DNA of 64,000 nt from Candidatus Pacearchaeota archaeon (GTDB taxonomy: Archaea; Nanobdellota; Nanobdellia; Pacearchaeales; GW2011-AR1), in contig JBAZNV010000002.1 of assembly GCA_041649045.1 (NCBI GenBank), forward strand, positions 50,336 through 114,335. The letters are read 5' to 3'. Position 1 is the stretch's first letter, and the number at the start of each line of letters is the position of its first letter. The notes under the pieces were generated by a model. The model was not told where the DNA came from. It made no database searches and saw nothing but the letters and a program-made list of their open reading frames with translations. The position numbers and the translations under genes are program-made. This document shows positions 56,906 through 64,000 of the stretch, piece after piece.

Positions 56906-57652
56906 TCAAGAACCGATAAATCTCAATAAGTAGATAATTAGAATTCCGATTAAAATGGCGATAAAATTAATTAAGCTACTTTTTATAGATTCAAATTTTT
57001 TTATTTCTGGAATTAAATCTGAGGCCGCAATGTAAATAAATCCGCCTGCCGCAGAAGAAAGTAAAAATGGCATTAAACCCTCGATGAAACTCAAAAGATA
57101 AAAACCTATCACCCCACCGAAGATTGCGCTCAATGCAGTTAAAAAATTAAAGAACAAAGCTTTCCTTTTTGAAAAGCCAGCATAAACCAATACCCCGAAA
57201 TCTCCAAGCTCTTGGGGAATTTCATGAATTGCTATCGCTGCCGAAGAGCTTGCTCCAATTATGGAGCTTGCCGCAAAACCGGCCGCGATTATTACCCCAT
57301 CAATGAAATTATGAATAACGTCTCCTAAAAGATTGACGTAAGCAAAAGAATGAACCGAACATTTATTTTTATGACAATGTCTCCAATGAAACAACTTTTC
57401 AATAATAAAAAACAAAAGAAACCCTCCAATAACAAAAATAAAAATATTCCCGCTATGCTCAATCGCCTCAGGGATGAGATGCAAAAACGCACCTCCTAAT
57501 AGCGCCCCAATCGAAAATGAAATTAAAATTAATAATATTTTATTCAAAAATTTCTCCTTAAAAAATAAGGTCAAAATACCAACTAACGAAGTTAAACTTA
57601 CTAAAAAAGTTGCAAGAATTATCTGTACCAAGCTCATTATTATAAAAAACAA
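56906..57652 (-). CDS. zupT: ZIP-family metal (Zn/Fe) transporter
   Basis: It has HNFIDGVIIAAGF and HEIPQELGDFGVLVYAGF. The ORF is 248 aa with about 8 TM segments. Confidence 0.8.
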   Translation of the reverse strand: MFFIIMSLVQIILATFLVSLTSLVGILTLFFKEKFLNKILLILISFSIGALLGGAFLHLIPEAIEHSGNIFIFVIGGFLLFFIIEKLFHWRHCHKNKCSVHSFAYVNLLGDVIHNFIDGVIIAAGFAASSIIGASSSAAIAIHEIPQELGDFGVLVYAGFSKRKALFFNFLTALSAIFGGVIGFYLLSFIEGLMPFLLSSAAGGFIYIAASDLIPEIKKFESIKSSLINFIAILIGILIIYLLRFIGS

Positions 57653-57706
57653 GCAATATTTTTAAGTTTAACTTAAATATAAAAAGAGATTTTTAATATA
57701 TTCAAT

Positions 57707-57970
57707 ATGAAAGAATCAACAATTATAATAATTTTCACAATGGTACTTTTAGCAGGAGGACTAATCTCGATCTTTTTCAGTTCAGAATTTAATTTTTATA
57801 AATCAGATTTACTGATAAACGAACTCAAATCTGCAAGATTAATAACTGCAACACAGGCAAAAATGTATTTAGGAATTTATGCCCACTCTTCAACTTTTGC
57901 AACAAATTCAGGATCAGTTTCTGGCGGTCACGTCGGAGCAGGTAGCGGCGGAAGTGGAGGCGGGAGATGA
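57707..57970 (+). CDS. Small membrane protein with Gly-rich C-terminus (hypothetical)
   Basis: The TM segment IIIIFTMVLLAGGLISIFF is followed by ...GSVSGGHVGAGSGGSGGGR. It overlaps the trm5 start by 4 nt. Confidence 0.3.
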   Translation: MKESTIIIIFTMVLLAGGLISIFFSSEFNFYKSDLLINELKSARLITATQAKMYLGIYAHSSTFATNSGSVSGGHVGAGSGGSGGGR

Positions 57971-58749
57971 AAAAAATACCTCAAGACATCATTGGTGATA
58001 TTGCAATTTTAAAATTTTCACGAAAAGCTTTTTGGATAACGAAGAAAATTAAAGCTTTAATTTTTTTAAAAAAGCACCCGGCAATAAAAACAGTCCTTGA
58101 AAAAACAGAAGGATTTTCTGGCGAATTAAGGACATTGAAAACAAAATATTTAGCGGGAATGAAAACGAAAGAGGCGACTTATAGGGAAAATGATTGTGTG
58201 TTTAAATTTAATATCGACAGCTCTTATTTTTCGCCGAGACTTTCAAACGAAAGAAAAATAATTGCGGAAGAAGTTTTTAAAAAAATGAAAAATGGTGCAA
58301 AAATTCTCGTGATGTTTGCTGGAATTGCTCCGTACCCTATTGTGATTGCAAAAAAATTAAAACATGAAGGAAAGTATGCCAGAGTTTTTTCCAATGAATT
58401 AAATGCTGACGCGAATAAATATGCTGAGAAAAATATTGTTTTAAATAAATTGAAGGATTACATAACTCTTTTGCCTGGCGACGCAAGAAAATTGCCGACG
58501 GTTACACAGGAAAAATTCGATATAATTCTAATGCCAAGACCTAATTTAAATGAAACATTTTTGAATGTAGCACTAAAATTATCCAAAAAAGGAACCACAA
58601 TTTTCTATCATGGATTCGGGACCAAAGAAGAAGTCACAAAGGAAATAAAAAAAGACACCAAGGGGAAAATAGATAAAATAACAATTAGAAAAGCTGGAGA
58701 TATTGGACCACACAAATGGAGATGGCAGGCAATATTTAAGGTAAAGTAG
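57967..58749 (+). CDS. trm5: tRNA (guanine37-N1)-methyltransferase Trm5/Taw-like (Met-10+ family)
   Basis: It has DIIGDIAIL at the N-terminus, YFSPRLSNER and VMFAGIAPYPIVIAKK, the class I SAM MTase motif. Confidence 0.65.
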   Translation: MKKIPQDIIGDIAILKFSRKAFWITKKIKALIFLKKHPAIKTVLEKTEGFSGELRTLKTKYLAGMKTKEATYRENDCVFKFNIDSSYFSPRLSNERKIIAEEVFKKMKNGAKILVMFAGIAPYPIVIAKKLKHEGKYARVFSNELNADANKYAEKNIVLNKLKDYITLLPGDARKLPTVTQEKFDIILMPRPNLNETFLNVALKLSKKGTTIFYHGFGTKEEVTKEIKKDTKGKIDKITIRKAGDIGPHKWRWQAIFKVK

Positions 58750-59434
58750 GTTGCTTGTATGTCAAAATCATAGAATTCCCTGAAGCGATTAATTTTCCTT
58801 CTTGTAGCCAATAGTTGTTTAATTTCAACCCCCTGCTCCCGCTTTTTATAACTTTTAATTCAACATCTATATCCCCCATTATTGCCCTTCGATACTGTAT
58901 AAATGTCTGAAAACCGTGCACTTTTATGCAATTACTATCCTCTCCAAATTTCAATAATGCTGGAGCTGACATTGACATTAGAAAAGCCGAAGGAATTTCT
59001 GTTAAACCTTCAGTCCCAACTCTTTCAGCCCCGATTGACTTCAAAAACTGCTTTACTAAATTATTAGTAATTTGGGCAGAATAAACAAAATCAAAATTAT
59101 GTTTAACATCAGGAGCCTCTGGGTATTCACTTCTTATCGCATTCCCATCAGCCACCGTTTTGCCATTTGAAAAAGAATAAGCTGAACCATTTACCGTCAT
59201 TTCTACCATAGTATCTTTGTATACTGGTAATCTGAACCCAAAATTAGCACGAACAAATTCTCCATCTCTTTGTGCATGAGAGGCTAACCACATTCCTGGG
59301 GCCACAACTCCCTCCAATCCAAACCCTTTTGCGGCTTTGGCGCTTCTATGAATAGGATTTTTATCTCCAATGGCGTCAGCATACTGCAACCAGGAATTTT
59401 CATTTGCTAAGATTTCCATTTTACTTTCTTTCAC
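58736..59434 (-). CDS. MaoC-like dehydratase / hotdog-fold protein
   Basis: It has DKNPIHRSAKAAKGFGLEGVVAPGMW, the MaoC dehydratase motif. Confidence 0.55.
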   Translation of the reverse strand: MKESKMEILANENSWLQYADAIGDKNPIHRSAKAAKGFGLEGVVAPGMWLASHAQRDGEFVRANFGFRLPVYKDTMVEMTVNGSAYSFSNGKTVADGNAIRSEYPEAPDVKHNFDFVYSAQITNNLVKQFLKSIGAERVGTEGLTEIPSAFLMSMSAPALLKFGEDSNCIKVHGFQTFIQYRRAIMGDIDVELKVIKSGSRGLKLNNYWLQEGKLIASGNSMILTYKQPTLP

Positions 59435-59463
59435 CTAAAACTTTCGGTTTATAAAATCTTCTA

Positions 59464-60777
59464 TTAACTGAAAATATCTTCAGTTTTTTTGATCGCGAGC
59501 GGCGCTTCTCCGCCATGCCACGTGAACCTCGGGCGAATCTTCATCGGGTAAATTCTTTCACTATTATCATCAAGTATAACCGCTGAACCCTTGAGCTTAG
59601 GAAGGGAATTTAATTTCTCCGAAATTGTTTCATAAAGATATGATTGCGTAATTTCATTTAATGCCTCGATATCAATTTTCGCCGTCACGCGATGAGAAAT
59701 AACAATATCTGACTGTGTTATGGCATCGGTATGAATTTTCCCCGGCTGTTGTGTTGCAAGAACAAGAGACAAGCCGGGCTGTCTTCCTTCTCTTAGAATC
59801 TGAACTAACGCATCTGTAGCTGGAGTTTTAGTCTCTTTTGGCAAAAATTCATGAGCTTCATCAATAAATATCCAAACAATTGGGATATCCCTTCTTATTT
59901 CATATCTTCCATAATCAATTCCGCGAGAAATCGCCTGTATTTCCTCATCTTTTCTGGCTTTCATTCTCTCACTAAAAAGTTTTTTAGAAACTAATCCAAT
60001 TATCAACGCCCTCACATTAAACGCTCCAATTGAGGCATACATGGATAAATCAATAACAGTTGTCGTGCCCGGCGTGACCAATTCTTTGACATTAGTCCCC
60101 CTTTCTTCATCAAAAACTTTCCATGTTCTTGCGACATCAAACAACGCAATCGCAGAATTTTTTATATCATTTTCAACATTTTTTGTTCTATAAATTAAAC
60201 TATAAATTTCTTCAAATCCAAATTTGGAATTTTTGTTTTTTAATTCTGATATGACCGACTCTATAACAACCGCAATCGGGTTTGTGAAATCCAAATCGAA
60301 AAGGCTTACCCAATCATTCGGTTCAAGTTCGCTTATTTTTATTGCAAATTCTTCATCAACTTCTATCCCCTTATCTCGATATTCCTGAAAATATCCAAAA
60401 GGCGCAAAAACTCTAAGTGGAACATTTTGCGCCTTGAGATCCCATTCGGAAAGAAGTTCTCCATCTTTCTCGTTTTTATATTTCATTGTCCAAAAAATTC
60501 CCATTGTGTCGAAAATCAGAGATGAAATATTGGCGGCTTCTTCGACCTTTAAATTAGAGAGTGATTCTGCTATTGCGCCGAGAGTATAAGATTTACCAGA
60601 ACCTCGCTTACCCGCGACCAGAATAACGTGGCTTCGCACGACGTCTAAAAAAATCGGATTTGAGAGACTTGTGTAATTCCCCATCGATACAAAACCCTTC
60701 CCGATGAACGCAAGCCCTCTTTTCCCGAAATCTTTTTTATCGCTCTCGTTTCTACCAACTATAATATCGAATGGCAT
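59464..60777 (-). CDS. HerA/FtsK-superfamily (DUF87-like) P-loop ATPase
   Basis: The Walker A is VAGKRGSGKSYTLG and the Walker B is VWIFIDEAHEFLP. The C-terminal SLVLATQQPGKIHTDAITQSDIVISHRV is typical of HerA/VirB4. Confidence 0.6.
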   Translation of the reverse strand: MPFDIIVGRNESDKKDFGKRGLAFIGKGFVSMGNYTSLSNPIFLDVVRSHVILVAGKRGSGKSYTLGAIAESLSNLKVEEAANISSLIFDTMGIFWTMKYKNEKDGELLSEWDLKAQNVPLRVFAPFGYFQEYRDKGIEVDEEFAIKISELEPNDWVSLFDLDFTNPIAVVIESVISELKNKNSKFGFEEIYSLIYRTKNVENDIKNSAIALFDVARTWKVFDEERGTNVKELVTPGTTTVIDLSMYASIGAFNVRALIIGLVSKKLFSERMKARKDEEIQAISRGIDYGRYEIRRDIPIVWIFIDEAHEFLPKETKTPATDALVQILREGRQPGLSLVLATQQPGKIHTDAITQSDIVISHRVTAKIDIEALNEITQSYLYETISEKLNSLPKLKGSAVILDDNSERIYPMKIRPRFTWHGGEAPLAIKKTEDIFS

Positions 60778-60801
60778 TTTAGAATAGACTGTATTGATTA
60801 T

Positions 60802-61731
60802 TTATATATTTGGATGCGAAAGAAATTTTATTTTTCTTACTGCTTTTTTATTTTCTTCGAGTTCTAGTAAAACTTGTGCATTTGCCCCATATCCCGGGTT
60901 AATTATAGTTGTTTTACCAATTTTATCCTTGCCTTTTCCTTCGTGAACGTGGCCCCCGATACAAACAAGGGGCTGAAATTTTTTACAAAAATCTCTTGCA
61001 AGAATTGAGCCTGCATGTTTTTTGTAAGCGTAAGATTTTTTATCTTTTATTATATCAAGCCTGGTACCATAAGGTATGTTGTGCGAAATAAATACCGTTG
61101 GAATTCTTTTATTTTTTCTATTTTTATAAATTGAATATAACTTGCCAAATAATTTTTTACGCAAATTTTTAAGGATGTTAAATTTAGCGCTTCCCATTTC
61201 TTTTTTGTACTTTTTTTTGACTCTTTCCGGACCGCTTGAAAGTCCGTATCCGACAAAATTTATTCCATTGTATTCGACATTGCGGAACATGCAATTTTTT
61301 AAATTTCTTATTCCTTTTGTCAAAAACGAATTTAGTTTATCTCCCATCCATGAGTCATAAAAATACCTAAGCCTGTTGTAGGTATCTTTGTCAACGTTTT
61401 TTATCATAGTCTTTCCATAGCTTTGGTCCCAATTTCCCCCCACCATGAAAATCGGTTTTTCAAATTTATCAAGATATTTTAAAATTTTTCTCCCGACTAT
61501 TAATGATTTTTTTTCGTATTCTAAGAATTTATTTTTTTCAATCTCACTGTATGCAAATTCTTTAAAACCCATTTCAAAATCGGGATTTTTTAAAAGTGTA
61601 AAGTATTTTTTATATAATTTCCCAATTTTTCTATCGTCACATATATCTCCTACCAGGGCAAATGCATCAAAATCTTTTGTTTTAATGATCGGTTTTCTCC
61701 CATGCAAATCACCGATAATTAGAAGCTTCAT
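60802..61731 (-). CDS. Calcineurin-like metallophosphoesterase
   Basis: The motifs are GDLHG, GDICDD, GGNWD and GGHVHEG. There is no Mre11 capping domain and no Rad50 nearby. Confidence 0.65.
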   Translation of the reverse strand: MKLLIIGDLHGRKPIIKTKDFDAFALVGDICDDRKIGKLYKKYFTLLKNPDFEMGFKEFAYSEIEKNKFLEYEKKSLIVGRKILKYLDKFEKPIFMVGGNWDQSYGKTMIKNVDKDTYNRLRYFYDSWMGDKLNSFLTKGIRNLKNCMFRNVEYNGINFVGYGLSSGPERVKKKYKKEMGSAKFNILKNLRKKLFGKLYSIYKNRKNKRIPTVFISHNIPYGTRLDIIKDKKSYAYKKHAGSILARDFCKKFQPLVCIGGHVHEGKGKDKIGKTTIINPGYGANAQVLLELEENKKAVRKIKFLSHPNI

Positions 61732-62411
61732 CTTCCATTTTTAATAAATTTATTTTCTACATGGCTATCTGCAATATCACACAATTTATAAAAATATTTT
61801 TTTACATCTTTTTTACTCTTTGGAATTGGAGTTTTAAATCCCAATCTTTTTCGATATAAAAAATCAAAATAATGACTCATCACCTTTATCAAAAAATCTT
61901 CTTCGTAATTAGAGTTTACTCTATTGTACATCATTAAGTAAATATAGAGGGGATTATACTCTTTAGAATTAAATTCTAAACTAAATAATTCCGCTACGGA
62001 ACCAAATAAACAATTATAATTTTTGATTAGAATATTTTTAATATCTTCATTTGGAAAAATTGCCCAAAACCAATCATGATAAATCTGCGAATATGAAACA
62101 TAGGTCATCAATTGGATTGCTAAATCTTTTTCTTTAAAATTAGATAATTGTAAAAACTCTGGCTCATATCCTGAAAAGCAAATAACCCTTGCGCTATATT
62201 TTTTACTTAAATAATTATTAAGCAAATCAAATAAATTGTGAATTTCTCTGTAAAAATCAGAAATTTTAGATGATGGAGTTTTCGTAATAATTATATCGAG
62301 GTCATGTTCGACATTGCAAGAGCCAATTGTCCCAAAAGTCATTATGTGTTTTGAATTTGTTAATTGATTAATGAAAAAATTTCTTATTTCTTCCCATTTG
62401 TAAGGCTTCAT
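61728..62411 (-). CDS. Minimal Pol-beta-superfamily nucleotidyltransferase
   Basis: The hG[SG]x(n)DhD motif is TFGTIGSCNVEHDLDIII. The ORF is 227 aa and overlaps the downstream phosphoesterase gene by 4 nt. Confidence 0.55.
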   Translation of the reverse strand: MKPYKWEEIRNFFINQLTNSKHIMTFGTIGSCNVEHDLDIIITKTPSSKISDFYREIHNLFDLLNNYLSKKYSARVICFSGYEPEFLQLSNFKEKDLAIQLMTYVSYSQIYHDWFWAIFPNEDIKNILIKNYNCLFGSVAELFSLEFNSKEYNPLYIYLMMYNRVNSNYEEDFLIKVMSHYFDFLYRKRLGFKTPIPKSKKDVKKYFYKLCDIADSHVENKFIKNGR

Positions 62412-62470
62412 GAATTTTTTAATCTTGCATTCTTATTAAACTTTATTAACCCTTATTTCTTTGTTTTTTT

Positions 62471-63106
62471 ATGAAGATGAGTAAAATTGCAATTTTAGTT
62501 TTGATTGTCGCGTTATTTGTAGTTAGTACTTACTTTTACCAGATATTGCCCGAAAAAATCGCTTCACATTGGGGCGTCTCAGGTGACGCTAACGGATATT
62601 CGTCCAAAGCATTTGGTTTATTTTTTATCCCTGTTTTGACTCTAATTTTGACCCTGATATTTTTAGTTATTCCAAAAATCGATCCGCTTAAAAAAAATAT
62701 TAAAAAATTCGAAAACCATTATTTTGGATTTATAATAGTCTTCATTTTATTTATGTGTTTGGTTCAGGCGCAAATTATTTTATGGAATTTATCTGTAAAA
62801 ATAAATCCGAACATCGTTTTCCCAATTGGGATTGCTGCCTTATTTTTTTATATTGCATTACTCATGAGAGTTGTAAAAAGAAATTGGTTTATTGGGATAA
62901 GGACTCCATGGACTCTGGCAAGCGATAGAGTTTGGGACAAAACCCATGCACTTGGTTCGAAATTATTTTTTATTAGCGGAATTTTTTCTCTTGCGGGAAT
63001 ATTTTTCCGAGAATTTTCGTGGCTTTTTATTATTATTCCAGTTTTGATTTCAGCTCTGATATCCATTATTTATTCTTATCTTATTTATAGAAAACTTAAG
63101 CTTTAA
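62471..63106 (+). CDS. SdpI/YhfL-family membrane protein (immunity-protein-like)
   Basis: The motif ...KRNWFIGIRTPWTLASDRVWDKTH... is embedded in a 5-6 TM protein. Confidence 0.55.
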   Translation: MKMSKIAILVLIVALFVVSTYFYQILPEKIASHWGVSGDANGYSSKAFGLFFIPVLTLILTLIFLVIPKIDPLKKNIKKFENHYFGFIIVFILFMCLVQAQIILWNLSVKINPNIVFPIGIAALFFYIALLMRVVKRNWFIGIRTPWTLASDRVWDKTHALGSKLFFISGIFSLAGIFFREFSWLFIIIPVLISALISIIYSYLIYRKLKL

Positions 63107-63647
63107 TTGTTACGTCAACGAAATCACTATCATAAATTTTCCCATCCGCTTGTTTTACATTCACTCTATATCTGAATGTGCAAAGATTCGTTCCGTCTGG
63201 AATCTCAATTAATACCTTCCCAGCTTCTGATTCACCTGGAGCTATCTCCAATTTTTCAGTCCTTCCTGTTACCATCCAATTCAAGGCTTGTTGTTCAGAA
63301 AATCCACATTTTTTTTGAATATCTGTATCCGAAACCAAAACTTCATATGTAAAAGATGTCACGGCAGAATTTCCCTGAAGAAGATTTTTTATCCCTATCC
63401 CAAAACCTCCCACTTTTCCACCCTTAATTTCAATAAGCCTTGTATCGGGGTAGATTACAAGTCTTTTGTCATCTCCGAACATTTTTGATACCTGATTTTT
63501 AATTTGATCAATTGTCATATCTGCAATATCAACGCTCCCGCTAAAAATATTTTTGACAAGAACTATACCCAAAATCAACATTGACATTGCGAGAACAATG
63601 ATAACAATCGTTCCAATAGAAAGCTCAATCGCACCACTTTTTTTCAT
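63096..63647 (-). CDS. Type IV pilin-like protein (class III signal peptide)
   Basis: The N-terminus is MKKSGA|IELSIGTIVIIVLAMSMLILGIVLV. Confidence 0.45.
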   Translation of the reverse strand: MKKSGAIELSIGTIVIIVLAMSMLILGIVLVKNIFSGSVDIADMTIDQIKNQVSKMFGDDKRLVIYPDTRLIEIKGGKVGGFGIGIKNLLQGNSAVTSFTYEVLVSDTDIQKKCGFSEQQALNWMVTGRTEKLEIAPGESEAGKVLIEIPDGTNLCTFRYRVNVKQADGKIYDSDFVDVTIKA

Positions 63648-63752
63648 TTAAGTTTATAGAAAATGTATTTTATAAATGTTGTTCTGTTTAATTCCCATCT
63701 GTGAATCTTCTTCGCAATAAACTTAAAAACTATGAAATGTTGAAAACTAAAT

Positions 63753-63824
63753 GGGGCGGTAGCTCAGTGGGAGAGCACACGGCTGAAGACCGTGGTGTCG
63801 AGGGTTCGATTCCCTCTCGCCCCA
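63753..63824 (+). tRNA. tRNA-Phe (anticodon GAA)
   Basis: The sequence is GGGGCGGTAGCTCAGTGGGAGAGCACACGGCTGAAGACCGTGGTGTCGAGGGTTCGATTCCCTCTCGCCCCA. The anticodon stem CACGG/CCGTG has loop CTGAAGA. The T-arm is GAGGG-TTCGATT-CCCTC. Confidence 0.85.
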
Positions 63825-63837
63825 TAAAAGAAGATGA

Positions 63838-64000
63838 AAATATGCCAGAAAAAAAAGAAAAACCTATCCGCAAAAAGACAAGATTGATTTTTGAATTCAA
63901 AAGGAAATTTATACATTCTTTGTCTGCATTATCAATCCCAATTTATTATTTCTTTTTCAAAATGTTTGGGCATCAGATTACTATGCTTGGGTTTCTATTA
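63838..64000 (+). CDS. Partial ORF (runs off window), small basic N-terminus then hydrophobic segment
   Basis: The partial product is MPEKKEKPIRKKTRLIFEFKRKFIHSLSALSIPIYYFFFKMFGHQITMLGFLL.... It has no stop codon before the window end. Confidence 0.25.

Noticed and set aside
1-64000. Search for CRISPR arrays, IS elements or transposases, integrases and rRNA genes.
   Set aside because: I saw no direct-repeat/spacer arrays, no DDE or HUH transposase, no tyrosine or serine recombinase motifs, and no rRNA-like GC-rich blocks. The only repeats are coding tandem repeats and the short tRNA-Lys promoter duplication.

Overview
This window reads as a low-GC archaeal genome, probably DPANN-like, inferred from gene content and composition. 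The core genes are archaeal: aEF-2, RpoH/RpoB/RpoA, L30e, archaeal NusA, S12/S7/S15, the RFC small and large subunits, and a RecJ/GAN-like DHH protein. Mixed in are several bacterial-type genes: NrdR, an SdpI-like protein, DedA, ZupT and a lipoprotein-like ORF. The window falls into four parts.

1. ~1-21.7 kb is a cell-surface island. It holds two paralogous giant Cys-rich secreted proteins, at least five small type-IV-pilin-like (class III signal peptide) genes, and a highly expressed S-layer-like gene with a long structured leader. It also holds an archaeosortase-like membrane protein next to a C-terminally anchored acidic surface protein, and several more secreted or anchored proteins.

2. 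~22-34.4 kb is the conserved rpoH-rpoB-rpoA-L30e-nusA-rps12-rps7-fusA block. Here rpoA and rpoB are each unsplit, a novel ORF sits between rps12 and rps7, and a reverse-oriented lipoprotein-like gene sits between rps7 and fusA.

3. ~34.5-43.2 kb is a nucleotide-metabolism supercluster. It contains tmk, a long ThyX-like gene, a long-form dcd, a frameshifted dut, a DUF1653-like gene, and nrdG, nrdD and nrdR with two upstream NrdR boxes.

4. ~45.5-50 kb is an operon in which Nudix, Nudix, NDT-like and Maf genes lie between rfcS and rfcL. Beyond it are small unannotated ORFs (L41e-like, DUF1328-like), a 1497-aa LamG-domain surface protein, ZupT and Trm5. There is also a compact three-gene operon encoding a nucleotidyltransferase, a metallophosphoesterase and a HerA/FtsK-like ATPase, which I flag as a candidate uncharacterised nucleotide-signalling or defence module.

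There are three tRNAs: Val-GAC, Lys-UUU and Phe-GAA. Both detected frameshifts need +1 T in a T6 run, which suggests homopolymer under-calling. All functional calls rest on motif recognition by eye; no database searches were run.
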